Source: Candidatus Lokiarchaeum ossiferum (GTDB lineage: Archaea; Asgardarchaeota; Lokiarchaeia; Sigyniarchaeales; Promethearchaeaceae). From it: a DNA stretch of 32,000 nt. Below, piece after piece: positions 23,270 to 32,000 of this stretch; within the stretch, counting starts at the first letter, position 1; each line of letters starts with the position of its first letter. The position numbers were made by a program, and so were the translations under genes. The stretch covers positions 3,870,001 to 3,902,000 of the forward strand of contig CP104013.1 of assembly GCA_025839675.1 (NCBI GenBank), in the 5' to 3' direction. The notes below the pieces were generated by a model. The model saw nothing but the letters and a program-made list of their open reading frames with translations, ran no database searches and was not told where the DNA came from.

Positions 23270-24256
23270 TTACTTAATATATCCATTTTCTCTGTACCAT
23301 TTAATTGCTTTCTCAATCGTTGTCTTAATTGGCGTCTGTTTTAATCCTAATTCACTTACTGCCTTAGAACAATCAAAATGTTCGCCCATCTTTCCTAACT
23401 TTACTTGCGATACTGATACCACAGGAGGTTTCTTGGAAATTCGGCTACCTACTTGAAATAAATGTCCTAACAATAATGCCACTCGATAAGGGATCTTCAA
23501 TTTTGGAGGTTTAACTCCCGCAATATCCGCTATTAATTGGAAAAATTCACCCACAAATAAGTTTTCATTTCCAAAGAGATAACGTTCTCCAATTTTCCCT
23601 TTTTTTGCTGCTTGAATTTGACCCCGCGCGACATCTTCCACATCGATGACATTAATAGCCCCTTCAATATATCCGGGCATGTTTCTATTTGCGATATCTA
23701 CAATGAGTGCTCCTGATGGTGTTGGTTTTCTATCTCTTACTCCAATAACCAACGTTGGATTTACTATTACTAAGGGAAGTCCTTTTTTACAGATTTTCTG
23801 GGCTTCTATCTCTGCAAGGTACTTTGAAATTGCATAATGATCCCCTGATTCCCAGCCATTGAACTCTGCTGTTTCATTAACATAGTTTCCTACACCGTGT
23901 GATCCAATTGAATTTGATGTACTTGTATAAACTACTTTTTGTAACCCTTGGGCAAGAGCTTCTTCGAAAAGAATTCGGGTACCTTCCACATTGATATCAT
24001 AAAATAAATGTGTGTTTGGAGACCAATGGGCAAAATATGCTGCTGTATGATACAGTGTATCACATCCTTTCAACGCGGCCTTCACAGATTCCTTATCACG
24101 GATATCACAATAGACTTTCTCAACATCTAGATTATCTAAATTTCGAGTATCACTTCCTTTTCGAGTGGTGACTCTAACATCTGTTCCGTCTTTGATCAAT
24201 TCATGAACTAAATTTGCTCCGATGAACCCATTTGCTCCAGTTACTAACACTTTCAT
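23270..24256 (-). CDS. NAD(P)-dependent epimerase/dehydratase (extended SDR, dihydroflavonol-reductase-like)
   Basis: Rossmann motif VLVTGANGFIGANLV, catalytic YAISKYLAE (Y-x-x-x-K), 328 aa. Confidence 0.85.
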   Translation of the reverse strand: MKVLVTGANGFIGANLVHELIKDGTDVRVTTRKGSDTRNLDNLDVEKVYCDIRDKESVKAALKGCDTLYHTAAYFAHWSPNTHLFYDINVEGTRILFEEALAQGLQKVVYTSTSNSIGSHGVGNYVNETAEFNGWESGDHYAISKYLAEIEAQKICKKGLPLVIVNPTLVIGVRDRKPTPSGALIVDIANRNMPGYIEGAINVIDVEDVARGQIQAAKKGKIGERYLFGNENLFVGEFFQLIADIAGVKPPKLKIPYRVALLLGHLFQVGSRISKKPPVVSVSQVKLGKMGEHFDCSKAVSELGLKQTPIKTTIEKAIKWYRENGYIK

Positions 24257-24971
24257 CTTTTTTCTATTCCTATATGTTCTTTGAAATCTGAATTTAATAT
24301 TTTCTTTGTTACTCCTTACCTTTTTTATTCTATCCTAATATATTTTTCTTAAATCGAACCTACTATCTTCTCATCTTACTCAATTCAATGAAAAGTGTTT
24401 GTATATTTTTTCCCAATAGTTGGCTTGTCCTAAAAGAAAGAATTTTATGCAGTCGGGGTTAGTGGGATAAAATTAGTTAATTATAATAAAAAAATGTCCC
24501 TTACGTCATAGAAACTGGGTATGGGAGATTATTTTTCACGGGCGCAATTGCTGATTCAATTGGGAAGTTATTCACTGCTTTTTTCTTTTTTTTACTCCCT
24601 TTTGAATGGACATATCGCGCATTGGATTTTATATTTTCATCAAAATAGTAATACATGATTTTTCACCGAAACCCTTCCCAAAATTTAAGGATACTAATTT
24701 ATTAGTTTTCGGGAATTTAAACTTTCAGATTTTATGGTAAGTCTGCTGATATCTCAAAATTTGTGATATTCTGAATCAGAGCTATAAACAAAAAAAAATC
24801 TGCCAAAATCAATCAGATTCCCAAATAAATATTTATATGGTTATATAAGGCTAATAAAAACTAATATATCCGATCTTTAATAGTTTACAAGAATCAAATA
24901 GATAACAGTATGTTGGAATTATTCACCATGAAATCTGAAACTATATAAGAAGTGTTGTTTTTTTTACATTG

Positions 24972-26114
24972 ATGGGATCAATCCACAATCTCAAAACCCA
25001 ATTTACTCCCTTTCAAGGTAAAATTCGAGAATTTGAAAAGGAAATTGCTCAATTTTATCACCTATGTGGTGATTTAATGGGATTGCGTCCCAAATTGAAT
25101 GTTATTTTCTTTTATTTGATGATACATCCTCAATTGACTCAAAAGCAAATCATGAGTTTAACCGGATATTCACAAAGCAATGTCTCATTGATGCTCCAAA
25201 TTATGCTTGACAATGATATGGTTACCAAACAGACCATTAGTGGAAAAAATAGTTCTGCCTATATCTTGAAAATACAGGATTTTTCTTTAGATTACTCTAG
25301 TTTTCTTTCAGGAACCAAATTCCAGCTGATACTGGCCAGTTTGGAAGCATATTTAGTGCCATTACAAGTTCTTATGAAAAAAAAGACCCCTGGTAGCGCT
25401 CTTTTGTGGATGAGAATAAAGGAAATCATGTTTCTCCGAATAAAACAAAGTGACAACCGCCTTAACGGTTATAAACAATTAATTCAAAAGATTTTGAATT
25501 CCGATAATGAATTTTTGAAGCGGGAAGCCTTCACTTTAGTTCCTATTGATTTTGCTCCCGAGAGTGTTGCGATAGAAAATAAATTAATTAATATCATGAT
25601 TGAAGATGAAATTTTCTTTATCAAACAAAAACCTTCCCATTCCAAGATTTTAGCTTATTTTTACACTCGTAGAATATTAACCCAAAAAATTTTACAAGAT
25701 TTAACACATTTTTCCGCAGGAGTTATCTCTGAATCGCTTAGATTTTTTTCTAATGAAATGGATATTCGAGAAATACCGCCATCCCAATCGAAATTGAAAA
25801 CAAAAGCAAAACTGTACGGGTTAGATTTCATTCATTATAGTTTACAATATTTCTTCATAAATTACAATCCAAAAGTGTGTGCTTATATTTCTCGATTTCA
25901 AGAAATTCTTCAAGAACTTCGCCAGCTTCCCCTTCAAAATTTTCATCAAAGAGGCTTTACAGAGCTATGTACATTCTTGGATCAATATTTAATAGCACGT
26001 TTGCAGCGGTTAAAGGCTGTCCGGCATTTGATGATTCAGTTTATTAAGAATTTTTATGAGTTTTATGGAAAAATTTGTCCTGATTGTCTCCCAAAGCCTC
26101 CAACTGAAAATTAA
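24972..26114 (+). CDS. putative transcriptional regulator with two winged-helix-turn-helix-like modules in one chain
   Basis: Module 1 is LTQKQIMSLTGYSQSNVSLMLQIMLDNDMVTKQ. Module 2 is LTQKILQDLTHFSAGVISESLRFFSNEMDIREI, about 185 aa later. The rest of the protein is unrecognised. The ATG at 24972 is preferred over the TTG at 24969. Confidence 0.6.
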   Translation: MGSIHNLKTQFTPFQGKIREFEKEIAQFYHLCGDLMGLRPKLNVIFFYLMIHPQLTQKQIMSLTGYSQSNVSLMLQIMLDNDMVTKQTISGKNSSAYILKIQDFSLDYSSFLSGTKFQLILASLEAYLVPLQVLMKKKTPGSALLWMRIKEIMFLRIKQSDNRLNGYKQLIQKILNSDNEFLKREAFTLVPIDFAPESVAIENKLINIMIEDEIFFIKQKPSHSKILAYFYTRRILTQKILQDLTHFSAGVISESLRFFSNEMDIREIPPSQSKLKTKAKLYGLDFIHYSLQYFFINYNPKVCAYISRFQEILQELRQLPLQNFHQRGFTELCTFLDQYLIARLQRLKAVRHLMIQFIKNFYEFYGKICPDCLPKPPTEN

Positions 26115-26166
26115 TACGTTCTTACAGCCTAAATTAAAAAAAAACTTACTCAAAGGAATGAGGATC

Positions 26167-27450
26167 TTAATTTAGTTTATTTGCTTCGAGAAGTTCGATA
26201 AATCCTTCTAATCGTGTTTGCATGGGTGCTTCAGAAAAAGCACGGGGATCATTCATATCACAATCTAATAAGAGCACGGGAATTCCTTTATCTTCTTGAA
26301 TCGCATTTTTTAAATCAATCATTCCGACACATGAGGGCCGACAACTCATATTTGAATGCAAAATAACACCATCAAGTTTGTAATCATCAATAGTTTTTTC
26401 AAAATATTTAATGCGGCGTTCCAAGGAATAATTATATGGCAATTTAATCATTGTTTGGGCCACATCCCGAATCGACTCCTTCAAACTGAGCCCCAGTTTT
26501 TTTCGAGGACCAAAAGAGAATGTATAGGGTTCATAGGTAACTACCGCACCATAATTGGCCAATTGGTGAAAATATTTGATGCGATACCACATAGGAATTC
26601 CTTCAAATAGAATTCGGTATTTTTCGGTACCTTTTGGCATAGCTCCTTCTTGCTTGACCACTTTTTCCTTAATATCAACTAATAAATTCTCATAATATTT
26701 AATCCCAACGTCTAATCCGGGTAAAATAACCATGGGAAAAATCGCTGCCAAAGTATCTTGGAATGCAACTGGTGTAGGCATAATTTTCCGATATTCATAT
26801 ATTTCATGCCATAATTCTGCTAGTCGATCGGATTTTTTAAGGATTTCAAAGTATTTCTTTTCGGAAAAAGTGTTTCCGGTAATTTTTTCGACAAATCCAA
26901 TGAAATCATAAAATTGTTCTGCAACATAATCGATATATTCCTCCATTCGTTCATCCCCGATCCCGTCCACACAGCTGGGCACGTCAAAAGCAAAATATGG
27001 AACCTTCATTTTTCGCGCTTGGATTTGAAACCATTTCACATGGGTGTCACAAATGGTGTTGGTGGAAGCCATAAAAGTGGGTTTGTCGATGCCTCCAAGA
27101 TTAGCACTGATTTTTCTAGCGGTCGCACCAATGTTGGTTTTAAAATAAGAACAGAGATCCCGGGAAAATCCTTCACTTTCGGCTTTTTCAATCAGTTCAA
27201 GGGAAACTTTTCGTGCTCCAGAAACACACGCGGCATTCTCGGGATGGAGAGGATAAATTCCCATACTGTAGCATAGTTCAACAGGAAACCCTGCGGCAAC
27301 CCATGCGGTACTTTTCCATGGGAGAATGTGATTTAATTTTGCCTTAAGCATGTACTTGGTCATGATGCCCTTTAACTGCACTGATGACTTGAGATTTTCT
27401 ACTCGAATACGAGAAGAAACTGGTTTTTGGGCATTTGTTGTGTCTTTCAT
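26167..27450 (-). CDS. 2-hydroxyacyl-CoA dehydratase / BcrC-BadD-HgdB family subunit (larger subunit)
   Basis: 427 aa. Family-typical blocks GFPVELCYSMGIYPLHPEN, RDLCSYFK, NTICDTH and HSNMSCRPSCVG. Its ATG shares one nucleotide with the upstream subunit's TAA (TAATG). Confidence 0.8.
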   Translation of the reverse strand: MKDTTNAQKPVSSRIRVENLKSSVQLKGIMTKYMLKAKLNHILPWKSTAWVAAGFPVELCYSMGIYPLHPENAACVSGARKVSLELIEKAESEGFSRDLCSYFKTNIGATARKISANLGGIDKPTFMASTNTICDTHVKWFQIQARKMKVPYFAFDVPSCVDGIGDERMEEYIDYVAEQFYDFIGFVEKITGNTFSEKKYFEILKKSDRLAELWHEIYEYRKIMPTPVAFQDTLAAIFPMVILPGLDVGIKYYENLLVDIKEKVVKQEGAMPKGTEKYRILFEGIPMWYRIKYFHQLANYGAVVTYEPYTFSFGPRKKLGLSLKESIRDVAQTMIKLPYNYSLERRIKYFEKTIDDYKLDGVILHSNMSCRPSCVGMIDLKNAIQEDKGIPVLLLDCDMNDPRAFSEAPMQTRLEGFIELLEANKLN

Positions 27451-28502
27451 TATAACATCTCTCCAAATGCTTCAATACGGGTCTTGAGTTGATGATCGAT
27501 ATCTGCAGTAAATTCCCGTTCTAAATGCATAATTTGATACCCCGCATCTTTCACCTGTTGAACTGTATACACGGAATCAAAGGCATAGGGTTCACAAAAC
27601 TTTAAATTTTGGGATAAAACTCCGGCGAGATTATTTGATTTCATTCCTTCTAATATATAGCTTGCTCGAAGATCAGGAGGATTTTTAGTGGCAGGTCGAG
27701 GGATTGTGAAATAGTATTCGATCAATCGATCTAATACATCGTTCCCCATATTTTCAGAAATTAATGTAGCAAAATACCGTTCTCCGATAGATAAATCATC
27801 GCGAACCACTCGTAAATTACATTCATCTAATAGATCCATCCACTCTCCATAAGTGATATCTGATCCTGTAAGAAAAATCTTCTTTTTTGACGATGGGAAT
27901 GGAGCTCGTTCTTGCCAATCTTTCAATAATGTTTTGAGTTCAGAAAATAACGATTTTTTATCTTGTTGCACGGATTTTTGACACATTGTAAAGTATTCTC
28001 GATTTGAAATGTCTTTAGTTGCCCGAAGAGTTGCCAAAGATTGCATCAATTTTTTTAGTGTATTGGATTCCTGAATAGCACTTTCAATTTTTGCAGGTGT
28101 AATATCAATTTGAAATTGATCTTCTAAAGTTTTGGCCATACGTTTGAGTTCCACTTTAAAGAATTTCTTCCCTGTTTCATTCATGTTTAGTGGAGAATTT
28201 ACCCAATAGATGAAAGGGGTAGGAACATGTTTTTTCCAGACATCAAAATGGCGATTCGTAGCATCGCAACCATGAGCAACAACAATGCCTTGCCACTTCG
28301 CTGCATTAATTAAAGCATCGGATAGCATTGATCGGGCAGCTGGACAAAAAAAATTGGATAGGTATTGGTCCCCTAAATCGGTTGAGGTATGGACATCTCC
28401 TAAGATCTTATACGGATGGAATCCCGCCGCCATGATGAGTTCTTCCGGACAATCATGGGAACTATCAAAATATGCTAAAATTGGAGTGGTATTCTCAGTC
28501 AT
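27450..28502 (-). CDS. 2-hydroxyacyl-CoA dehydratase / BcrC-BadD-HgdB family subunit (smaller subunit)
   Basis: 350 aa. CPEELIMAAGFHPYKILG, FFCPAARS, AHGCDATN and LKFCEPYAFD blocks are typical of the family. Translationally coupled to 26167..27450. Confidence 0.8.
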   Translation of the reverse strand: MTENTTPILAYFDSSHDCPEELIMAAGFHPYKILGDVHTSTDLGDQYLSNFFCPAARSMLSDALINAAKWQGIVVAHGCDATNRHFDVWKKHVPTPFIYWVNSPLNMNETGKKFFKVELKRMAKTLEDQFQIDITPAKIESAIQESNTLKKLMQSLATLRATKDISNREYFTMCQKSVQQDKKSLFSELKTLLKDWQERAPFPSSKKKIFLTGSDITYGEWMDLLDECNLRVVRDDLSIGERYFATLISENMGNDVLDRLIEYYFTIPRPATKNPPDLRASYILEGMKSNNLAGVLSQNLKFCEPYAFDSVYTVQQVKDAGYQIMHLEREFTADIDHQLKTRIEAFGEML

Positions 28503-28645
28503 TATGTGAATCTCGATTGTTAATTGAGGTTAGTTTGATTTTGAAAAATATAAGTTTTAGTCTTTCAAATCTATGATATTTCCCAACCAGAAATAGAAGT
28601 TAGGAAAAATCAATAACAAGCATGTATATAATTTATTGAGAACAA

Positions 28646-29521
28646 ATGGAACAATCTAGTTTGGTACAGATATCTCCAGGGATTTACTATTTACCATGTG
28701 GGGAAAATGACCGGCCAACTTTAGGTGTCATAATAGGTAAGAACGCAACTGCCTTAGTTGATGCAGGAAATTCTCCAGAACATGCAAAACTCTTGCTCAC
28801 CGAAATTTCGAAATTACGTTTCGAAATCCCCCCAATTAAATATATTTGTATTACCCACTGGCATTGGGATCATATCTTTGGCTTATCAGCGTTCTCTAAG
28901 GATGTGAAAATTATTGCTCAGCAGCAAACGATTGAAAAAATTCTTGAAATGCAAGAATATCGGTGGGATGATCTTTCACTCGCCCAACGAGTGGCCGAAG
29001 GGACAGAAATTGTCTTTTGTGAAGAAAACATCAAGTTAGAATATCCGGATACAAATCGCCAGATCCAAGTTATAGTTCCAAATGTCTCCTTTGAATCGAC
29101 CTATAATCTTGATTTAGGTAATACACAATGTATTTTACAACATGTTGGTGGAGATCATTCTCCCGATTCCACGATAATTGCAGTAAATGATGTGATTTTC
29201 TTGGGGGATGCTATTTATCCCAATGTATACAGTCAAGAGGAAGTAACTGGGGACTTACTTCACTTGCTGGAAGATCTATTGGCATCAGATTGCGATACTT
29301 ATATTGAATCCCATGATAAACATTTCAACCACACCACATTAAACGAAATGTATGATTTATTTAAATTAATTTATGAGATTGTAAAATCCACTCCCAACTT
29401 AGATGAAATTCAAGCTGCAGTAGAAGCTTCTAATCCAATTGAAACTCTAAGAATTTCGTTATCTTGGGAGAAAGACGATATTTCATATTTTGCTGTGGCA
29501 TTTTTCAAAGGACTCTCGTAA
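28646..29521 (+). CDS. MBL-fold metallo-hydrolase
   Basis: H-x-H-x-D-H motif ITHWHWDHIFG, with later His/Asp ligand candidates (HVGGDHSPD, LGDAIY, ESHD). Confidence 0.8.
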   Translation: MEQSSLVQISPGIYYLPCGENDRPTLGVIIGKNATALVDAGNSPEHAKLLLTEISKLRFEIPPIKYICITHWHWDHIFGLSAFSKDVKIIAQQQTIEKILEMQEYRWDDLSLAQRVAEGTEIVFCEENIKLEYPDTNRQIQVIVPNVSFESTYNLDLGNTQCILQHVGGDHSPDSTIIAVNDVIFLGDAIYPNVYSQEEVTGDLLHLLEDLLASDCDTYIESHDKHFNHTTLNEMYDLFKLIYEIVKSTPNLDEIQAAVEASNPIETLRISLSWEKDDISYFAVAFFKGLS

Positions 29522-29823
29522 GCTTCTAAACCTCTTTTTTTTACATCTTAAACTGTCAAATTGGCTTTCCGTTTCTATTTTTACTTAAAATACTCTTTTG
29601 TTAAATGTTGGTCTAATTAATTAAAATGCTTTTTATTTGAATCAATGACTCGATTTCACTTATTACTCTATTTCATTTACCTAAATTCAATGAACTTGCT
29701 AAATTTTTCAATAATATTTCCAAGACATAGATTTAAATGAAAGTTTTTACTTGGGGTATATGTAGAAGTCGGTACTCTACATATCGTCCTAAAAAAATAA
29801 AAAGAAAATTTTGGTTTAATTTC

Positions 29824-31143
29824 ATGACACAAAAGACCTTTCTTAATTCTGATTATATTGAAGCAAGATCTACGCACCATCAAAGTGTAGATCCCAAAAA
29901 TATTATTGGTGTCTCTAAAACTGATGCTCAAGATGCTTTGGACTTAACCCAGTATATTATAGATCAAACGGGTCCTCGCTTAGCTGGATCAAAATCCTGC
30001 CATAAGGCGGCTAAGATGTTGAAAAATGAATTGGATGATTTTTGTGATCAGACCTATATAGAAGAATTTGCTGTACGTCCAGAATCATTTTTAGGTTTTA
30101 CAAAGTTGATAGCGATTTGTTATATAATTTCTGCAATATGTGTTCTCATTGGAAGAGAGGGAATTTATATCGCCGCTCTTAGTTTATTCATTGGGTTACT
30201 GGTTGCCTTAAGTCAGTTCATATTTTATTGGAAAATATTTGATATTTTTTATCAAAAGAAGAAAGGATTCAACGTTAGTGGTATATTAGAGCCTGCGGGT
30301 GAAGTAAGGCAGCAAATTATCTTATCTGGGCATCATGATAGTGCTTTTGAATTCAACTTCCTTAAAAAAAAAGCGCAACGATGGTATAGCCCGCGGATAT
30401 TTTTAGGAATGATCATGTTTATCGTTGCTAATGTGGCCAGCTATATTTGGTTGATCGATCACCTCATTATAGGCCATGAACCGAGTTATGTCATCGCAAT
30501 TAAAATCGCTTTTATAATTGGCTTACTTTTCGTCCTCCCTTTTTATTTCTTCATTGGGAAAAAAGGAACTCCTGGAGCGGGAGATAATTTGATCGCCTCA
30601 ACTATGGCAATTAAAGTTGGAAAAATGTTTGCCGAAGAGCGAAAACATCATGTCCCCTTATTAACTCATACAAGATTAATCATTTTAAGTAATGATGCTG
30701 AAGAAGCGGGATTACGAGGTGCGAACATTTATTGTAAACATCATCGCAAAGATCTACAAAGTATTCCTACATTTGACTTCAATCTGGATAGCATCTATAA
30801 ATTAAGTGAGCTGCAATTTATGTCTTCTGATATCAATGGAACGATCCGGTTATCCAAAGATATGGCAACTGAATGTAGAATAATTGCTGAAGAATTTGGT
30901 TTTCATGCAAAAGTCACTCCTATTCCTTTTGGCGGAGGGGGAACAGATGCTGCTGAATTTTCTAAGATTGGGGTCGAATCTACCACTTTGATTTCGATGT
31001 CAACAGATCATAATCGCGAAGGAATTGTTTATCATACGATGGATGATACAGTTGAAAATATTGAGCCGGAAGCGGTTGAAGCTTGTTTGAAAATCATGGC
31101 ACGCTATATCATGAAGAAAGAAAAGGAAATTTCTAAAAACTAA
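29824..31143 (+). CDS. M28-family metallopeptidase with membrane-spanning insertions
   Basis: Ordered M28 metal-ligand motifs SGHHDSA, PGAGDNLIAS, NDAEEAGLRGA, FNLDS and VYHTMDD, with four hydrophobic helices interleaved. The ATG at 29824 (MTQKTF) is preferred over the track start at 29737, whose first 29 aa look non-protein-like. Confidence 0.8.
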   Translation: MTQKTFLNSDYIEARSTHHQSVDPKNIIGVSKTDAQDALDLTQYIIDQTGPRLAGSKSCHKAAKMLKNELDDFCDQTYIEEFAVRPESFLGFTKLIAICYIISAICVLIGREGIYIAALSLFIGLLVALSQFIFYWKIFDIFYQKKKGFNVSGILEPAGEVRQQIILSGHHDSAFEFNFLKKKAQRWYSPRIFLGMIMFIVANVASYIWLIDHLIIGHEPSYVIAIKIAFIIGLLFVLPFYFFIGKKGTPGAGDNLIASTMAIKVGKMFAEERKHHVPLLTHTRLIILSNDAEEAGLRGANIYCKHHRKDLQSIPTFDFNLDSIYKLSELQFMSSDINGTIRLSKDMATECRIIAEEFGFHAKVTPIPFGGGGTDAAEFSKIGVESTTLISMSTDHNREGIVYHTMDDTVENIEPEAVEACLKIMARYIMKKEKEISKN

Positions 31144-31238
31144 TTTTTTTCTTAATGCAATTTTTCCATGTATTTTATCTTTATTGGGTGTTAACACATC
31201 ATAGTATAATTTATTTGACTGTACTGTGAAAGAAAAAT

Positions 31239-31889
31239 ATGGCAAGAAAAAAATCAAAGATTAAATTAAAGAAGAATAACACTCATTCTACGCTCAAAGC
31301 AGTTTCATTAAGTGTATTTTTAACTTTGCTTATCGTGGGAGCAGGAGGTTATTTTGGTTTACCCTATATTTTTCCAAATCTTACTGCAGATCTATCTAAA
31401 TATGACGATAATATTGAAAATACAGATGAAGGTATTCTTTTACAATCAATAATGGTGGAATCGTGGGATTTTGCGTACATTGAAGACTCTAGTACAACTA
31501 ACTATGAACTCGTAGCAGACATGAATCTATCTATCTCGATTACTGCAGGATCAAAAATCAGAGCTCAATTTTCAACCCCCTATGTATTAGAAATTTATGA
31601 CAATATGCAAGGTTTGCTTTCATTCTGGCTTAATCTAACGGTGGTTGGTGTGAAGAAAAAAATGGCCGAAATTTATCATTATTCAGATATAGCAACTGGT
31701 ATTTACACGCGTTTAAGCAGCTTTGCATATTTAGAAGTGTTTACTGATCCCCTTCCTCAAGGCACCTATGAAATCCGGCTTGAATGGATATCGGAATCTG
31801 ATCGTGCTGGAGATAATATCCTAATGTTTAGTCGTCCCAGTTTCTTTAATTACACTAGATCCCTCGTAGTTCAAGAATTCAAATCATAG
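31239..31889 (+). CDS. membrane-anchored hypothetical protein (basic N-terminus, one TM helix, beta-rich ectodomain)
   Basis: MARKKSKIKLKKNN, then AVSLSVFLTLLIVGAGGYFGL, then a ~165-aa beta-strand-like region. No motif recognised. Confidence 0.55.
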   Translation: MARKKSKIKLKKNNTHSTLKAVSLSVFLTLLIVGAGGYFGLPYIFPNLTADLSKYDDNIENTDEGILLQSIMVESWDFAYIEDSSTTNYELVADMNLSISITAGSKIRAQFSTPYVLEIYDNMQGLLSFWLNLTVVGVKKKMAEIYHYSDIATGIYTRLSSFAYLEVFTDPLPQGTYEIRLEWISESDRAGDNILMFSRPSFFNYTRSLVVQEFKS

Positions 31890-32000
31890 GAATTGCCTAT
31901 TTTTTTTCAAGAATAATGTTATTTTTTCCATAATATTTAATCCATAAAATTATTTTATCATAAATACCATAGCTCAACGCTTCTTTATCCGTTAGAAGTT

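Noticed and set aside
24790-24819. Hairpin (aatctg/cagatt) followed by a T9 run on the minus strand, resembling an intrinsic terminator
   Set aside because: The stem is only 6 bp and AT-rich, and no minus-strand gene lies upstream for it to terminate.
24591-25013. 12-mer tttactcccttt shared between the intergenic region (24591..24602) and the start of the wHTH gene (25002..25013)
   Set aside because: The flanking sequence does not align collinearly. A single 12-mer is insufficient evidence for a duplication.
23646-31257. Antisense ORFs 23646..23837, 26356..26610, 26914..27276, 28285..28509, 29677..29931 and 31000..31257
   Set aside because: Each is embedded antisense in, or overlaps, a motif-supported gene and has no features of its own.
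1-32000. CRISPR arrays, tRNA/rRNA genes, transposases/integrases, prophage or a canonical nos (nosZ/nosL/nosR) cluster
   Set aside because: I scanned for regularly spaced repeats, GC-rich structured stretches and DDE/tyrosine-recombinase-like ORFs and found none. The only repeats are the two segmental duplications reported above.

Overview
The window is AT-rich and densely coding, with about 30 protein genes. I found no rRNA, tRNA, CRISPR array, transposase or integrase. The gene content looks archaeal: a HerA-type ATPase, an Mre11-type phosphoesterase, ribbon-helix-helix (RHH) and HxlR regulators, an Mrp/NBP35 ATPase, and sequon-rich beta-helix surface proteins. An AT-rich Asgard/Lokiarchaeial-like genome is a reasonable guess, but I cannot verify it from sequence alone. 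Gene order, left to right:

- A NosF/NosY/NosD-like cluster (ABC ATPase, ABC-2 permease, beta-helix protein) whose distal part is tandemly duplicated.
- A GNAT acetyltransferase.
- A co-directional block of two paralogous RHH regulators, a HerA-like ATPase with a coiled-coil tail, an unrecognisable 236-aa protein, and an Mre11/SbcD-like phosphoesterase.
- A hybrid histidine kinase.
- An aldo-keto reductase / Fe-S / GyrI-like fusion, flanked by a decayed copy of the neighbouring hydrolase's 5' end.
- Two tandem ArsB/NhaD-type permeases.
- Mrp/NBP35 and a metallophosphoesterase.
- An HxlR regulator divergent from a pair of methyltransferases.
- An SDR epimerase.
- A single-chain double wHTH protein.
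- A pair of 2-hydroxyacyl-CoA-dehydratase-family subunits with no activator in view.
- An MBL hydrolase, a membrane-embedded M28 peptidase and a membrane-anchored hypothetical protein.

The best candidate for an undescribed system is the HerA(coiled-coil) / ORFan / Mre11-like module, which has no Rad50 or NurA. Several starts appear to be TTG or GTG, so start coordinates are less certain than stops. All family calls rest on motifs read by eye. No database search was run.
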